From Gemmatimonas sp. (GTDB taxonomy: Bacteria > Gemmatimonadota > Gemmatimonadetes > Gemmatimonadales > Gemmatimonadaceae), in contig JANNVQ010000014.1 in NCBI GenBank assembly GCA_031414535.1, positions 256,001-320,000 of the forward strand: DNA of 64,000 bases. Reading direction: 5' to 3'. Of this stretch, positions 32,746 through 41,349 are shown piece by piece. The first letter of the stretch is position 1, and each line of letters opens with the position of its first letter. A program made the position numbers and the translations under genes. The notes below the pieces were generated by a model that was given only the letters and a program-made list of their open reading frames with translations, ran no database searches and was not told the DNA's origin.

Positions 32746-33057
32746 TTAGACGCGCCAAGGCGGAACGTCGCCCTTCTTCTTCTTGAGCGCCGGATTCAAT
32801 CGGTATAGCGTCGCCGTGCGGCCGATCACCTGAATGACTTCGGCCTTCACGCGCTTCGCCAAGTCATTGGCTGCGGTCTTCGGCTTCACGTCTGCGTTTG
32901 AATTGAGCGCAATCTTCACGAGTTCGCGTGTGCGCAACGCGTCATCGAGCGCAGTGAGTAGAGAACCCGAGATTCCCTCCTGCCCAATGTGCACCGTCGG
33001 CTTCAGGCGATTGCATTCCGAGCGCAGCTCGCCGCGCTCTTTGCCTGTCATTGTCAT
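32746..33057 (-). CDS. yhbY: YhbY/CRM-domain RNA-binding protein
   Basis: LKPTVHIGQEG, RELVKI, VIQVIGRTATLYR. Confidence 0.88.
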   Translation of the reverse strand: MTMTGKERGELRSECNRLKPTVHIGQEGISGSLLTALDDALRTRELVKIALNSNADVKPKTAANDLAKRVKAEVIQVIGRTATLYRLNPALKKKKGDVPPWRV

Positions 33058-33629
33058 CGCTTATCGCCTCGTCTCTTGAGATAGGGCACCGGATTCACCG
33101 GATCGCCCGCCCACCACATCCGCGCATTTGCGTAGCGCAGCAGTTGGTAATGTAGATGGGGCGCGTTCCGGTCGGCGTTCCCCGTGCTGCCCACCGTGCC
33201 GAGTTGCTCGCCCTTTCGCACCCGATCGCCCTCGCGAAGCCCCCGTGCGTAAGCGTCCAGATGCGCGTAGTAATGCACGAAGCGTTGCTCCTGATCCACC
33301 ACGTATACCGTGCGGCCACCCAGCGCATTGGTGGAGATTCGACGCACCACGCCGTCGTCTGCCGCAACCACCGGCGTCCCTCTGCGCGCCATGATATCCA
33401 GCGCATGGTGCGGCCGACCACCACTGCGCCGCGCATTGTAGGTATCGGTCAGTTGATTTGGCCGCACCCCATCCACCGGTACCATCAGGTCACGGTCATC
33501 CAGATACGCGCGGTCCGCCCTCACCCGCGGCGACCCCGACGGCGGCGCCCCGCCAAAACAGCCCACCACCAGCGGCGTCGCGATCAGAAGAGTGACTACG
33601 GTCCGCAGACCTCGAAGAAGCGAAGGCAT
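33054..33629 (-). CDS. M23 family metallopeptidase (lipoprotein)
   Basis: HHALD, YYAHL, GSTGNA..PHLH. Confidence 0.9.
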   Translation of the reverse strand: MPSLLRGLRTVVTLLIATPLVVGCFGGAPPSGSPRVRADRAYLDDRDLMVPVDGVRPNQLTDTYNARRSGGRPHHALDIMARRGTPVVAADDGVVRRISTNALGGRTVYVVDQEQRFVHYYAHLDAYARGLREGDRVRKGEQLGTVGSTGNADRNAPHLHYQLLRYANARMWWAGDPVNPVPYLKRRGDKR

Positions 33630-33672
33630 TCAAAGAGAAAACGAATCGCAGGCCCTCAAGTCACCTATACGT

Positions 33673-33703
33673 GCAGTTCGCATCCGTCATCCGTCATCCG
33701 TCC
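33673..33703. repeat. Half element (CATCCGT)n; identical 31-bp direct repeat of 35720-35750
   Basis: GCAGTTCGCATCCGTCATCCGTCATCCGTCC. Confidence 0.85.
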
Positions 33704-34612
33704 TCAACCCAGCGCCCACGCCCCCGCCCACACATACACCCTGTCCCTCCCCCGCCCCGTGATCTCCTCCGCCAACCCCAGCTCCACGAGCCGCTCAAGC
33801 GCGTCGCCCGCCGCTGGACGCGAGCACTCCAGCCGCTGCGCGAGATCCGGCATACTCGTCGCCAGTGAATCTCGCAGCACCTGAAGCGCGCGCCGCCCCG
33901 TCACCGCCGCACGGCCAATAGATGACAGATGCTCGTCTTCCACAGCGCGTGCGTCGAGCAGAAGCCTCACCTGCAGCCGCAGCCGACGCGCCGCTGGTGC
34001 CAGCGCCGAGAGCGCCGCGTGCGTGTACGGCTCTACGTTACCCGCCCGCCAGGCCTCAACCGCCTCCGCTCGCCCGGCAGTCCATTCGGCAAACGGCAAC
34101 AGCCGCACACGATCCGTGGTCCCCGCGGCCGTGAGCAGCAATGCGGCGAGCAACTCGGCCTCTGCGGATGCGAGCACGTGACTCCCCGCCTCAATCACGC
34201 CCGCCACGCACACTGCGCGCAGTAGCACAGAGCGTGGTTGTCCACCTGGCTTGAGTGCGTCCACGAGCTGCGCCCGCGCCGCAGGCTCAAGCTGCAGATG
34301 TTCAGGTACACCGAGCGGCACACCGCTGCGCGCTCGCCGCTCTCCATCGTCCAGCCGGCGCTGCCATGCCGCGAGATCTTCGCTTAGCGAGGCGGCGTGG
34401 GTGATTTCCACGCTGGACGCTACCAGCGCCGCGCTCGCGACTCGCATAGCTTGCGCATCGGGCGTCGCGAGCCGCGCCACAGTCCAGTTCTGCAGGAGCA
34501 GCGGAACCGAACCCGGCGCCATCGCGACCATAGCATCTAGGCGGCCCAGCTCCTCGGCGCTCTCTTCAATGAGACGCGAGGTGATAGGACTAGCCTGATA
34601 ATCAAAAGTCAT
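33704..34612 (-). CDS. Fic-like protein with C-terminal wHTH, lacking the catalytic motif
   Basis: N-terminal LIEESAEELGRLD and C-terminal LERLVELGLAEEITGRGRDRVY resemble Fic/DUF4172-HTH proteins; no HPFxDGNGR. Confidence 0.6.
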   Translation of the reverse strand: MTFDYQASPITSRLIEESAEELGRLDAMVAMAPGSVPLLLQNWTVARLATPDAQAMRVASAALVASSVEITHAASLSEDLAAWQRRLDDGERRARSGVPLGVPEHLQLEPAARAQLVDALKPGGQPRSVLLRAVCVAGVIEAGSHVLASAEAELLAALLLTAAGTTDRVRLLPFAEWTAGRAEAVEAWRAGNVEPYTHAALSALAPAARRLRLQVRLLLDARAVEDEHLSSIGRAAVTGRRALQVLRDSLATSMPDLAQRLECSRPAAGDALERLVELGLAEEITGRGRDRVYVWAGAWALG

Positions 34613-34709
34613 TTTAACAAGCTAAGTATTTTTAGCTATCTGCGCCAACGATTCCCGCTCCAAACGCTGAAAGCAGAATCCAGTACCTCCGCCAACACTG
34701 AGTAATTTT

Positions 34710-35720
34710 ATGCGGTTAAGTCTTTCTAAGACTCTTTTTTTTGGCGCTCTCGCGATTGGCGCCCCGGTTTCTGCGGTCAGCTCGCAGTCCCCACTGCCGG
34801 CTCCTGCGACTCCGGCATCGGCCCAGCCCACCACCGCCCAGCCAGCCCCCGGCCAGTACGCCCCCCACCGCGTCTTCGACACGCGCCGCCGCCGCTTCAT
34901 TGACCTCGAGACCCTCATCTCCCGCATCGCCAAGGACCCCGACGTCGCCTTCCTCGGTGAGTTCCACAACGACGCCGGCACGCACGTCCTCCAAGCCGCA
35001 GTCCTCGAAGGCGTCCAGCGCCGTCGCGAAGGCAAGGTCGTTCTCGCCCTCGAAATGTTTGAGCGCGACGTGCAGCCGCAGGTAGACGACTACCTCGCTG
35101 GCAGCATCGACGAGACCGCTTTCCTCGCGCAGTCGCGGCCCTGGCCCAACTACCGCACCGACTACCGGCCCATGGTAGAGTTCGCCAAGGCCCAGTCCTG
35201 GCCCGTCATCGCTGGCAACGTTCCCCGCCGCCTCGCGCAGATCGTCTCGCGCCGCGGGCTCCTCGCACTCGATTCCATTCCCGAGAGCGACAAGCCCTTC
35301 ATCGCTCGCGAAAACCTCTGCCCACGCAATGCATACTGGGAGCGCTTCCGCGAAACCATGGGCGACATGTCGGGCCACGGCATGCAGATGAGCCCTGACC
35401 AGCTCGAGTCCATGGTGTGGCGTACGTATGAGGCCCAGTGCGTGAAGGACGAAGCAATGGCCGAGTCCATCGTCGCGGCGCGCACGGCACACAACACGCT
35501 CGTCATCCACGCCAACGGCGCCTTCCACTCCGACTACCGACTCGGCACTGCCGAGCGCGTGAAGCGCCGCGACCCAAGGGCAAGGCAGATTGTAGTGAGC
35601 TTCGCCCCCATCGCCGATCTCGACGCCGCCAACGGCAGAGAGCGCCGCAAAATCGGCGATTACGTAGTGTTCACACTGGCACCCGCTCCACCCGCAGTCG
35701 CCAGCCCCAGCGCGAAGTAG
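34710..35720 (+). CDS. ChaN family (heme/iron-regulated) exported protein
   Basis: VAFLGEFH, LALEMF, YRPMVEFAK, AQCVKDEAMAESI, NGAFH. Confidence 0.85.
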   Translation: MRLSLSKTLFFGALAIGAPVSAVSSQSPLPAPATPASAQPTTAQPAPGQYAPHRVFDTRRRRFIDLETLISRIAKDPDVAFLGEFHNDAGTHVLQAAVLEGVQRRREGKVVLALEMFERDVQPQVDDYLAGSIDETAFLAQSRPWPNYRTDYRPMVEFAKAQSWPVIAGNVPRRLAQIVSRRGLLALDSIPESDKPFIARENLCPRNAYWERFRETMGDMSGHGMQMSPDQLESMVWRTYEAQCVKDEAMAESIVAARTAHNTLVIHANGAFHSDYRLGTAERVKRRDPRARQIVVSFAPIADLDAANGRERRKIGDYVVFTLAPAPPAVASPSAK

Positions 35721-35750
35721 CAGTTCGCATCCGTCATCCGTCATCCGTCC
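35720..35750. repeat. Half element (CATCCGT)n; identical to 33673-33703
   Basis: GCAGTTCGCATCCGTCATCCGTCATCCGTCC. Confidence 0.85.
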
Positions 35751-35755
35751 AGCCC

Positions 35756-36715
35756 GTGCCCTTCGCCTATCACACCGCCGCTGACCTCAGCGCCGCCCTC
35801 AGCCGTCTCGCAAATCCGCACACGCTCCCAGTTGGCGGCGGTACCGACCTCGTGCCCTGCAGCGAAGAAAACATCCTCGCGCCCACAGAAGTCGTTGACA
35901 TCCGCCGCATCGCGGAACTGCGCGGCATCACGGCAACAAATGACGGCGGACTCCGCATCGGCGCGGCAGTGACCACCACCGAACTCGCCGAGCACGCTGA
36001 AATCCGCACCAGGTTTGCAGTCCTCGCCGAAGCCTGCGAAAGCGTTGGCACACCCGCGCTCCGCAACAGCGGGACGCTCGGCGGCAATCTCGTGCAGCGG
36101 AATCACTGCTGGTATTTCCGTCGCGGCGTGGGATGCTTCAAGCGCGGCGGCTCGCAGTGTGCCGCAGTTGATGGCGAGCATCAGTATCACGGCATCCTCG
36201 CCGATGGCACCTGCCGCGCCGTGCATCCCTCCGACCCCGCGGTCGCGCTACTCGCGCTCGACGCGCAGGTGATCATCGCCAAGCAGGGCGCCGCCGAGCG
36301 CCGCGTTGGCATCGCCGAGTTGTTTGAGGGCGCCTCCAACGACCCGCACAAGGAAGCGCAGATCAACGAAGGCGAACTAATCGTCGCCGTCGAAATCCCT
36401 GCCGCCGCCGCAGCCGGTGCGCAGCACTGGGAAAAGGTGATTCAGCGCGGTGCCTGGGATTTCGCGCTCGTCTCCTGCGCCGCCGTAAAGCGAACAGACG
36501 GCAGCGTGCGCATGGCCATGGGTGGACTCTCGCTCGGCCCCTGGCGCGTACCGGTCAGCATCGAGGAAGATGTTGCCAGCGGCAGCATTGATGAGGACTC
36601 GATGGACGCGCTAGCCGAGCGAGCGTTCTATGACATGAATCCACTGGCCAACAACGCGTACAAGGTCGAGATCGGACAGGGCGTGTTGAAGCGCGCGATG
36701 GCGGCGTTGATTTAG
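35756..36715 (+). CDS. Xanthine dehydrogenase family FAD-binding subunit (PaoB/YagS-like, with Cys insert)
   Basis: GGGTDL, LRIGAA, LRNSGTLGGN, HCWYFR..CFKRGG..C, HPSD; start at GTG 35756. Confidence 0.9.
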   Translation: MPFAYHTAADLSAALSRLANPHTLPVGGGTDLVPCSEENILAPTEVVDIRRIAELRGITATNDGGLRIGAAVTTTELAEHAEIRTRFAVLAEACESVGTPALRNSGTLGGNLVQRNHCWYFRRGVGCFKRGGSQCAAVDGEHQYHGILADGTCRAVHPSDPAVALLALDAQVIIAKQGAAERRVGIAELFEGASNDPHKEAQINEGELIVAVEIPAAAAAGAQHWEKVIQRGAWDFALVSCAAVKRTDGSVRMAMGGLSLGPWRVPVSIEEDVASGSIDEDSMDALAERAFYDMNPLANNAYKVEIGQGVLKRAMAALI

Positions 36716-36719
36716 AGAC

Positions 36720-36773
36720 TGGACGGAAGACGGATGACGGATGCTTAAAGCTTCCGTCATCTGTCTTCCGTCC
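36720..36773. repeat. Palindromic (GACGGAW)n element with minimal spacer
   Basis: GGACGGAAGACGGATGACGGATGC TTAAA GCTTCCGTCATCTGTCTTCCGTCC. Confidence 0.85.
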
Positions 36774-36887
36774 CCGCTTCAAACCCGTCGATACGCCGCA
36801 ACTGTCTAACGGATCGAGCGCTGGCCGACGCACGAAACAATGTGCCGCTGCCAACTCGTAGAGTGGCCAACTCTCACCCGTCCGTTC

Positions 36888-38057
36888 ATGCCCCGACTCG
36901 TCCGTTCCGCCGCCGCCGCGATGCTCGCCGCCCTCAGCTTCGCGCCCAGTCTCTCCGCGCAGAGTGGCGCCCCCGTGCGCCGCGTCATCTCTATCGGCAA
37001 CCACCCGCGCGTTGATGGCATCCGCATCAACTTCCGTGACCGCGAGCTCGATCTCGTGCGCGGCGCGAACATCACCGTCTGGTCGCCGCGCAACGGCTCC
37101 ATCGGAGGCGAGGTGAAGGGCCTCGCCCTCGGTCTGCCCATCACGGCGGCCGGCGACATCACGGGCATCGGGGCGGGCATCTTTGGCGTCGCCGCCGAGC
37201 ATGACTTCAACGGTCTCGGACTCACCGGCGTCGGACTCGGCGCCGGTGGTTCGCTGCGCGGCATTATGCTCGGCGGCATTGGTGTCGGTGCCGGCGGCGA
37301 CCTGCGCGGCATAGCCGTCGGCGGTGTCGGTACTGGCGTCGGCAGCGATGCGCGCGGCCTCATGGTCGGCGGCATCGGTGCCGCGGCTGGCGGATCCATA
37401 CGCGGAATAGCCGTCGGTGGAATCGGCGCCGGTGCCGGTGGCAACGTCCGCGGCATGATGGTGGGAGGCATCGGCGCAGGTGCAGGCGGCGACGCGCGTG
37501 GCATATTCGCGGGTGGCGTTGGAGCGGGAGTCGGCGGCAATCTTCGCGGACTCGCCTTCGGCGGCGTTGGCGTCGGTGTGGGCGGTAGCGCGCGCGGAAT
37601 TCTCGTCGGTGGTGTCGGAGCCGCTGCCGGTGGAAGCTTGCGCGGGATCGCAATCGGCGGACTCGGCGTCGGCGCAGGCGGCGACGTCACGGGTTTCACT
37701 GTCGGTGGCCTGGGCGTCGGCTCCGGTGGCACGCTGCGTGGAATCGCGGTCGGAGGACTCGGCGTCGGCGCCCCGCGAATTCACGGAATCACAGTCGCTT
37801 CGGTGGTGGGCACCGAGCGCAGCACGGGCCTGATGATTGCCCCGGCGCTGTTCCGCACGACGATCGGCGGCCAAATGACCGGCGCCGCAATCTCCAGCGT
37901 GAACTACATCCCCGGCTCGCAGCGCGGCCTGACGATTGGACTCGTGAACTACACCGAGCGCCTACACGGCGTCCAAGTGGGCGCCATCAATATTGTGGCG
38001 GACAGACCGTGGCCGTTGAAGGCGCTGCCAATCTTGAACGTGGGCGTGAATAGGTAA
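36888..38057 (+). CDS. Exported Gly-rich protein with tandem 15-aa repeats
   Basis: Signal peptide (LSFAPSLSA-Q); about a dozen repeats like GGIGVGAGGDLRGIA; C-terminal GLTIGLVNY..GVQVGAINI. Confidence 0.85.
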   Translation: MPRLVRSAAAAMLAALSFAPSLSAQSGAPVRRVISIGNHPRVDGIRINFRDRELDLVRGANITVWSPRNGSIGGEVKGLALGLPITAAGDITGIGAGIFGVAAEHDFNGLGLTGVGLGAGGSLRGIMLGGIGVGAGGDLRGIAVGGVGTGVGSDARGLMVGGIGAAAGGSIRGIAVGGIGAGAGGNVRGMMVGGIGAGAGGDARGIFAGGVGAGVGGNLRGLAFGGVGVGVGGSARGILVGGVGAAAGGSLRGIAIGGLGVGAGGDVTGFTVGGLGVGSGGTLRGIAVGGLGVGAPRIHGITVASVVGTERSTGLMIAPALFRTTIGGQMTGAAISSVNYIPGSQRGLTIGLVNYTERLHGVQVGAINIVADRPWPLKALPILNVGVNR

Positions 38058-38059
38058 CG

Positions 38060-38158
38060 GGACGGATGACGGATGACGGATGACGTAAGCTGAACGGCGG
38101 CGTGGACTTAAAGTCCACGCCGCCGTTTCAGTTAGCATCCGTCATCCGTCTTCCGTCC
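38060..38158. repeat. Palindromic (GACGGAW)n element with inner AACGGCGGCGTGGAC/GTCCACGCCGCCGTT hairpin
   Basis: Read directly; near-identical to 39215-39306. Confidence 0.88.
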
Positions 38159-38215
38159 AACATCCAGCACGCCCAATTCGTACATTCAGATAAACCCGGC
38201 TAAACGGAGCCCCAA

Positions 38216-39211
38216 GTGCGCCCCTCCCTCCTCGCGCTCGCCTTAACTCTGCTCGCGGCGGCGCCGCTTCGCGCCCAACTCATCCCCTCCCAAGAATGGC
38301 CCATCGAGTGGGGCGGGCGTCCTCGCGATCCATACGTCGCGCCAGATGGCAACGTCTACTTCGCAGGCCAGGCCGGTAATTACGTCGGCCGCCTCGATCC
38401 GCGCAGCGGCCGGACGCGTCGCTACGAACTGCCGCCCAACACCAATCCACACACCGTGGTCGTGGGGCCCGATGCGATGGTCTGGATTGCTGGCAATCGC
38501 AACGCCACCATCGGCCGCCTGAATCCCGCCACCGGCGACATCCGCTGGTACCCGATGACGGATTCCACGGTGCGCGATCCGCACACGATGATCTTTGATC
38601 GTGATGGCAATCTCTGGTTCACTGCGCAGAACTCGAATGCCGTGGGCCATATGAACGTGCAGACCGGTGCGATTCGCTACGTGAAGACCGCCGAGAACTC
38701 GCGGCCGTATGGAATTGAGCTCAACTCCCGTGGCGAGGTGTGGTTCAATTTGTTCGGCACCAACAAGCTTGGCCGCATCAATCCGCGCACGTACGCACTC
38801 ACCACCTACGATCTCCCGCACGATCGCGCGCGTGGCCGTCGCATCGCCATCACGCCCGACGATGTGGTCTGGTACACGGACTACACCCGCGGCATGCTCG
38901 GCCGCCTCGACCCCACCAACGGCCGCGTCACCGAGATGCCGCTGCCTGGCGGCCCCGCGTCACTCCCCTACGGAATGGCCCGCGATGCACAGGGCCGAGT
39001 GTGGGTGACCGAGTCCGGCCCTAAGGGCGCGATTCTGCAGGGCTATGACCCCAGCACCGGCCGCTTTTTCGGCCGCACGCTGATTGGCAAGGAAGAGAAC
39101 AACACCATCCGCCACATGTACTTCGATCCGAAGACGGGACTGCTTTGGTTCGGAACGGACGCCGGCACTATCGGACGGGCCGAAGTCTCGCGCGCGCGAA
39201 CAGCGATGTGA
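38216..39211 (+). CDS. Exported Vgb (virginiamycin B lyase)-like beta-propeller protein
   Basis: Signal peptide; repeated P..I..GPDG.VW..N..GRLDP.TG blades. Confidence 0.8.
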   Translation: MRPSLLALALTLLAAAPLRAQLIPSQEWPIEWGGRPRDPYVAPDGNVYFAGQAGNYVGRLDPRSGRTRRYELPPNTNPHTVVVGPDAMVWIAGNRNATIGRLNPATGDIRWYPMTDSTVRDPHTMIFDRDGNLWFTAQNSNAVGHMNVQTGAIRYVKTAENSRPYGIELNSRGEVWFNLFGTNKLGRINPRTYALTTYDLPHDRARGRRIAITPDDVVWYTDYTRGMLGRLDPTNGRVTEMPLPGGPASLPYGMARDAQGRVWVTESGPKGAILQGYDPSTGRFFGRTLIGKEENNTIRHMYFDPKTGLLWFGTDAGTIGRAEVSRARTAM

Positions 39212-39214
39212 ACG

Positions 39215-39306
39215 GGACGGAAGACGGATGACGGATGCTAACTGCAACGGCGGCGCGGACCTCAAGTCCACGCCGCCGTTCCGCTTCCGTCATCCGTCAT
39301 CCGTCC
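39215..39306. repeat. Palindromic (GACGGAW)n element with the same inner hairpin as 38060-38158
   Basis: AACGGCGGCGCGGACCTCAAGTCCACGCCGCCGTT between heptamer arms. Confidence 0.88.
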
Positions 39307-39311
39307 AGTAT

Positions 39312-39866
39312 TCAAACCCACCGCCACCCAAAGACTCCACCGACAACTAGTGAATAGGCTAACGCATCCACCAGCTGCAACCCATAGCTCGACCACGGCT
39401 TACCAAACCAGATGGAATCCGGTACGCTCGCCATCGCGTGAGCCATGAACGCCACCGTCCCCGTCACCCGAAACACCGTCAGATACTCGGCGCCCGCCGC
39501 GAGCGTGTGCGAGGCTATATACGCGATGAACACCGAGACAACGACGTTATAGAGCACGCTCAGGGCCATCATCTTGCCCATGCTCGGCATGCCAGTCGGC
39601 AGCACGGTGATGAACGCGATGGGGCCTTTGGCCATTTTTTCGTTGAGCCCGGGAGACTTTGCGCCCTCAGCGCCAGCGTGGGGGACTGAGTAGAGGCCCG
39701 CTCCGGAGATGCCCGCACGCAGCGCATCGGCCACCGCGTCTTCGTTGGGAAGCTTGTGCCACTGACGATTGTGAAACGGTAACGCCGCCCAGCTGATGGC
39801 GGAGATTACCCAACAAGCCAGCGCGGAAATCAGGATTGGGACCCACAGATCTACGACGAACTGCAT
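39312..39866 (-). CDS. Hypothetical membrane protein (about 4 TM)
   Basis: Hydrophobic helices; clean ORF with host-like codon use. Confidence 0.7.
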   Translation of the reverse strand: MQFVVDLWVPILISALACWVISAISWAALPFHNRQWHKLPNEDAVADALRAGISGAGLYSVPHAGAEGAKSPGLNEKMAKGPIAFITVLPTGMPSMGKMMALSVLYNVVVSVFIAYIASHTLAAGAEYLTVFRVTGTVAFMAHAMASVPDSIWFGKPWSSYGLQLVDALAYSLVVGGVFGWRWV

Positions 39867-39958
39867 GTTGCCCCCGGGAGGAAGGACGCGGCCCCTGAAT
39901 GGGACCTCGTGACACTACAGTCTGGCCCGAAGGCCTTCCGCGCAATATCCTGCTTGCC

Positions 39959-41134
39959 ATGCAGTTCACCATCAAGAACGAAACCGAGGCCCTGAGTCGC
40001 GCCATCCGTGTCTCTCAGGCGGTCAATCGCGTACGCCAACTTCCCACGGTGTTTCTCGCGAGCCCGCTGCTCGCGATCTTCATCGCATTGGCGTACTGGG
40101 AGCGGGCCGATCACGACTGGCTGATCATATTCGTGGCGATGATGGTTGTGCTCTGGACTCCGGCCGCGCTCAGTTGGCGGAGGCTCCGCACCCTGCCCAG
40201 GCCTACCGACGTCTCGCCGAGCAACGAGACGCGGGCGCTCGCGCTTTCGGTGATTGCGGGCTTCCTCTGGGCCATCGCCGCTTGGTGGCTGTATCCCACC
40301 GGCGGCGCGGAAGAGAAGGCGATGCTGGTGATGATGATGTCCGGGCTCTGCGCCGGCTCGGTGGCCTTTTTTTCCTCCAGTCCCACGGCCAGCATCGCGT
40401 TCTTTCTGCCATTTATGAGCGCGCTGATGGTGCAGGTCTTGCGTTACGACACGGCCGCGCAGCCCGTACTCCCGGCCGCCGTAGGCGTGTTCATCCTTTG
40501 TGCCCTGCTCTTCACGCGCACCAGTTGGCATCAGTTCGTGGAGAACGTGCGGGTCTATGTGGAACGTGATGAGGCGCTGAAGGCAGCTGGCGCCAACAAG
40601 AAGGAGCTCGAGACTACACTCGCGCAGATGCAGGACTTGGCGATGGTGGACCCGCTCACGGGTCTCAAGAACCGCCGCGCGTTTTTTGATGAGTGTGAGG
40701 CCGCCATCGCCGCCAGCCGACGCCGCGAGCAGCCCATTGCCGTCGCCGTGCTCGACCTCGACCACTTCAAGTTGGTGAACGACACCTATGGCCACGCTGT
40801 GGGAGACGTCGTCTTGAGCGAAGCCGCCCGACGCATTGAGGTCGGCACCCGCGAGGAGCACATCGTCGGCCGATTCGGTGGCGAGGAGTTCGTGATCCTT
40901 CTCCCCTTCACCACACCGCAACAAGCCCTGATTGCGCTTGAGCGCGTGCGAAAGGCCGTGGGAAGCACCCCGGTCGAAGTCCCCGGCGGCCAACCCATCG
41001 CACTCACCATCAGCGGCGGCATCGCCCCGCTGGAGCCAGATATGCGGATTGTGGTGGCGATTGATCATGCGGACAAGGCGATGTATCGGGCAAAGGCCCT
41101 CGGCCGAGATAGAGTCGAGGTGTTCGGGGTCTAG
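39959..41134 (+). CDS. Membrane-bound diguanylate cyclase (GGDEF)
   Basis: N-terminal TM helices; DPLTGLKNRR, DLDHFKLVND.YGH.VGD, RFGGEEF. Confidence 0.92.
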   Translation: MQFTIKNETEALSRAIRVSQAVNRVRQLPTVFLASPLLAIFIALAYWERADHDWLIIFVAMMVVLWTPAALSWRRLRTLPRPTDVSPSNETRALALSVIAGFLWAIAAWWLYPTGGAEEKAMLVMMMSGLCAGSVAFFSSSPTASIAFFLPFMSALMVQVLRYDTAAQPVLPAAVGVFILCALLFTRTSWHQFVENVRVYVERDEALKAAGANKKELETTLAQMQDLAMVDPLTGLKNRRAFFDECEAAIAASRRREQPIAVAVLDLDHFKLVNDTYGHAVGDVVLSEAARRIEVGTREEHIVGRFGGEEFVILLPFTTPQQALIALERVRKAVGSTPVEVPGGQPIALTISGGIAPLEPDMRIVVAIDHADKAMYRAKALGRDRVEVFGV

Positions 41135-41148
41135 GGCGCGCGACTGTC

Positions 41149-41291
41149 TGGACGGAAGACGGATGACGGATGCTGGGGCGCCTTGGTGTTGGGAACGGAC
41201 GGCGCCCCTCAAAGCTTTGTAGAACATAGACTTACGGAATACCGAGCCGTCCCGATGAATGTCGTTAGCATCCGTCATCCGTCTTCCGTCC
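41149..41291. repeat. Palindromic (GACGGAW)n element with long unique spacer
   Basis: TGGACGGAAGACGGATGACGGATGCT ... TAGCATCCGTCATCCGTCTTCCGTCC. Confidence 0.85.
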
Positions 41292-41297
41292 GGTAGA

Positions 41298-41322
41298 ATA
41301 GCCGACTAACTTTATTGGCTAT
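41298..41322. promoter_or_regulatory. IscR/Rrf2-type operator upstream of sufB
   Basis: ATAGCCGACTAACTTTATTGGCTAT resembles the IscR type-1 consensus ATASYYGACTRwwwYAGTCRRSTAT; 27 bp before the sufB ATG. Confidence 0.7.
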
Positions 41323-41349
41323 CAAGTCCCACCCACGCACAGCGCCCAA

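Noticed and set aside
35438..35755. N-terminal extensions in the ORF track (also 9282-11630, 12198-13865, 14426-17545, 17757-19526, 20082-21017, 23664-25052)
   Set aside because: Extensions overlap upstream genes or repeats and lack family similarity; downstream starts were chosen
36555..37874. Long Pro-rich and Ala/Asp-rich minus-strand ORFs
   Set aside because: Antisense readings of the Gly-rich repeat gene, which has a signal peptide and coherent termini
38216..39211. Antibiotic-resistance calls (vgb here; beta-lactamase at 23754-25052)
   Set aside because: Only fold-level similarity; both belong to broad families with mostly non-resistance functions
38060..39306. Elements as integron attC sites (GCTAAC...GTTAGC words)
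   Set aside because: Core sites do not fit RYYYAAC/GTTRRRY well, flanked genes occur in both orientations and include housekeeping genes, and no integron integrase is present
23643..41291. GACGGAT repeats as a CRISPR array
   Set aside because: Copies are dispersed and palindromic with genes between them; no regular repeat-spacer period and no cas genes
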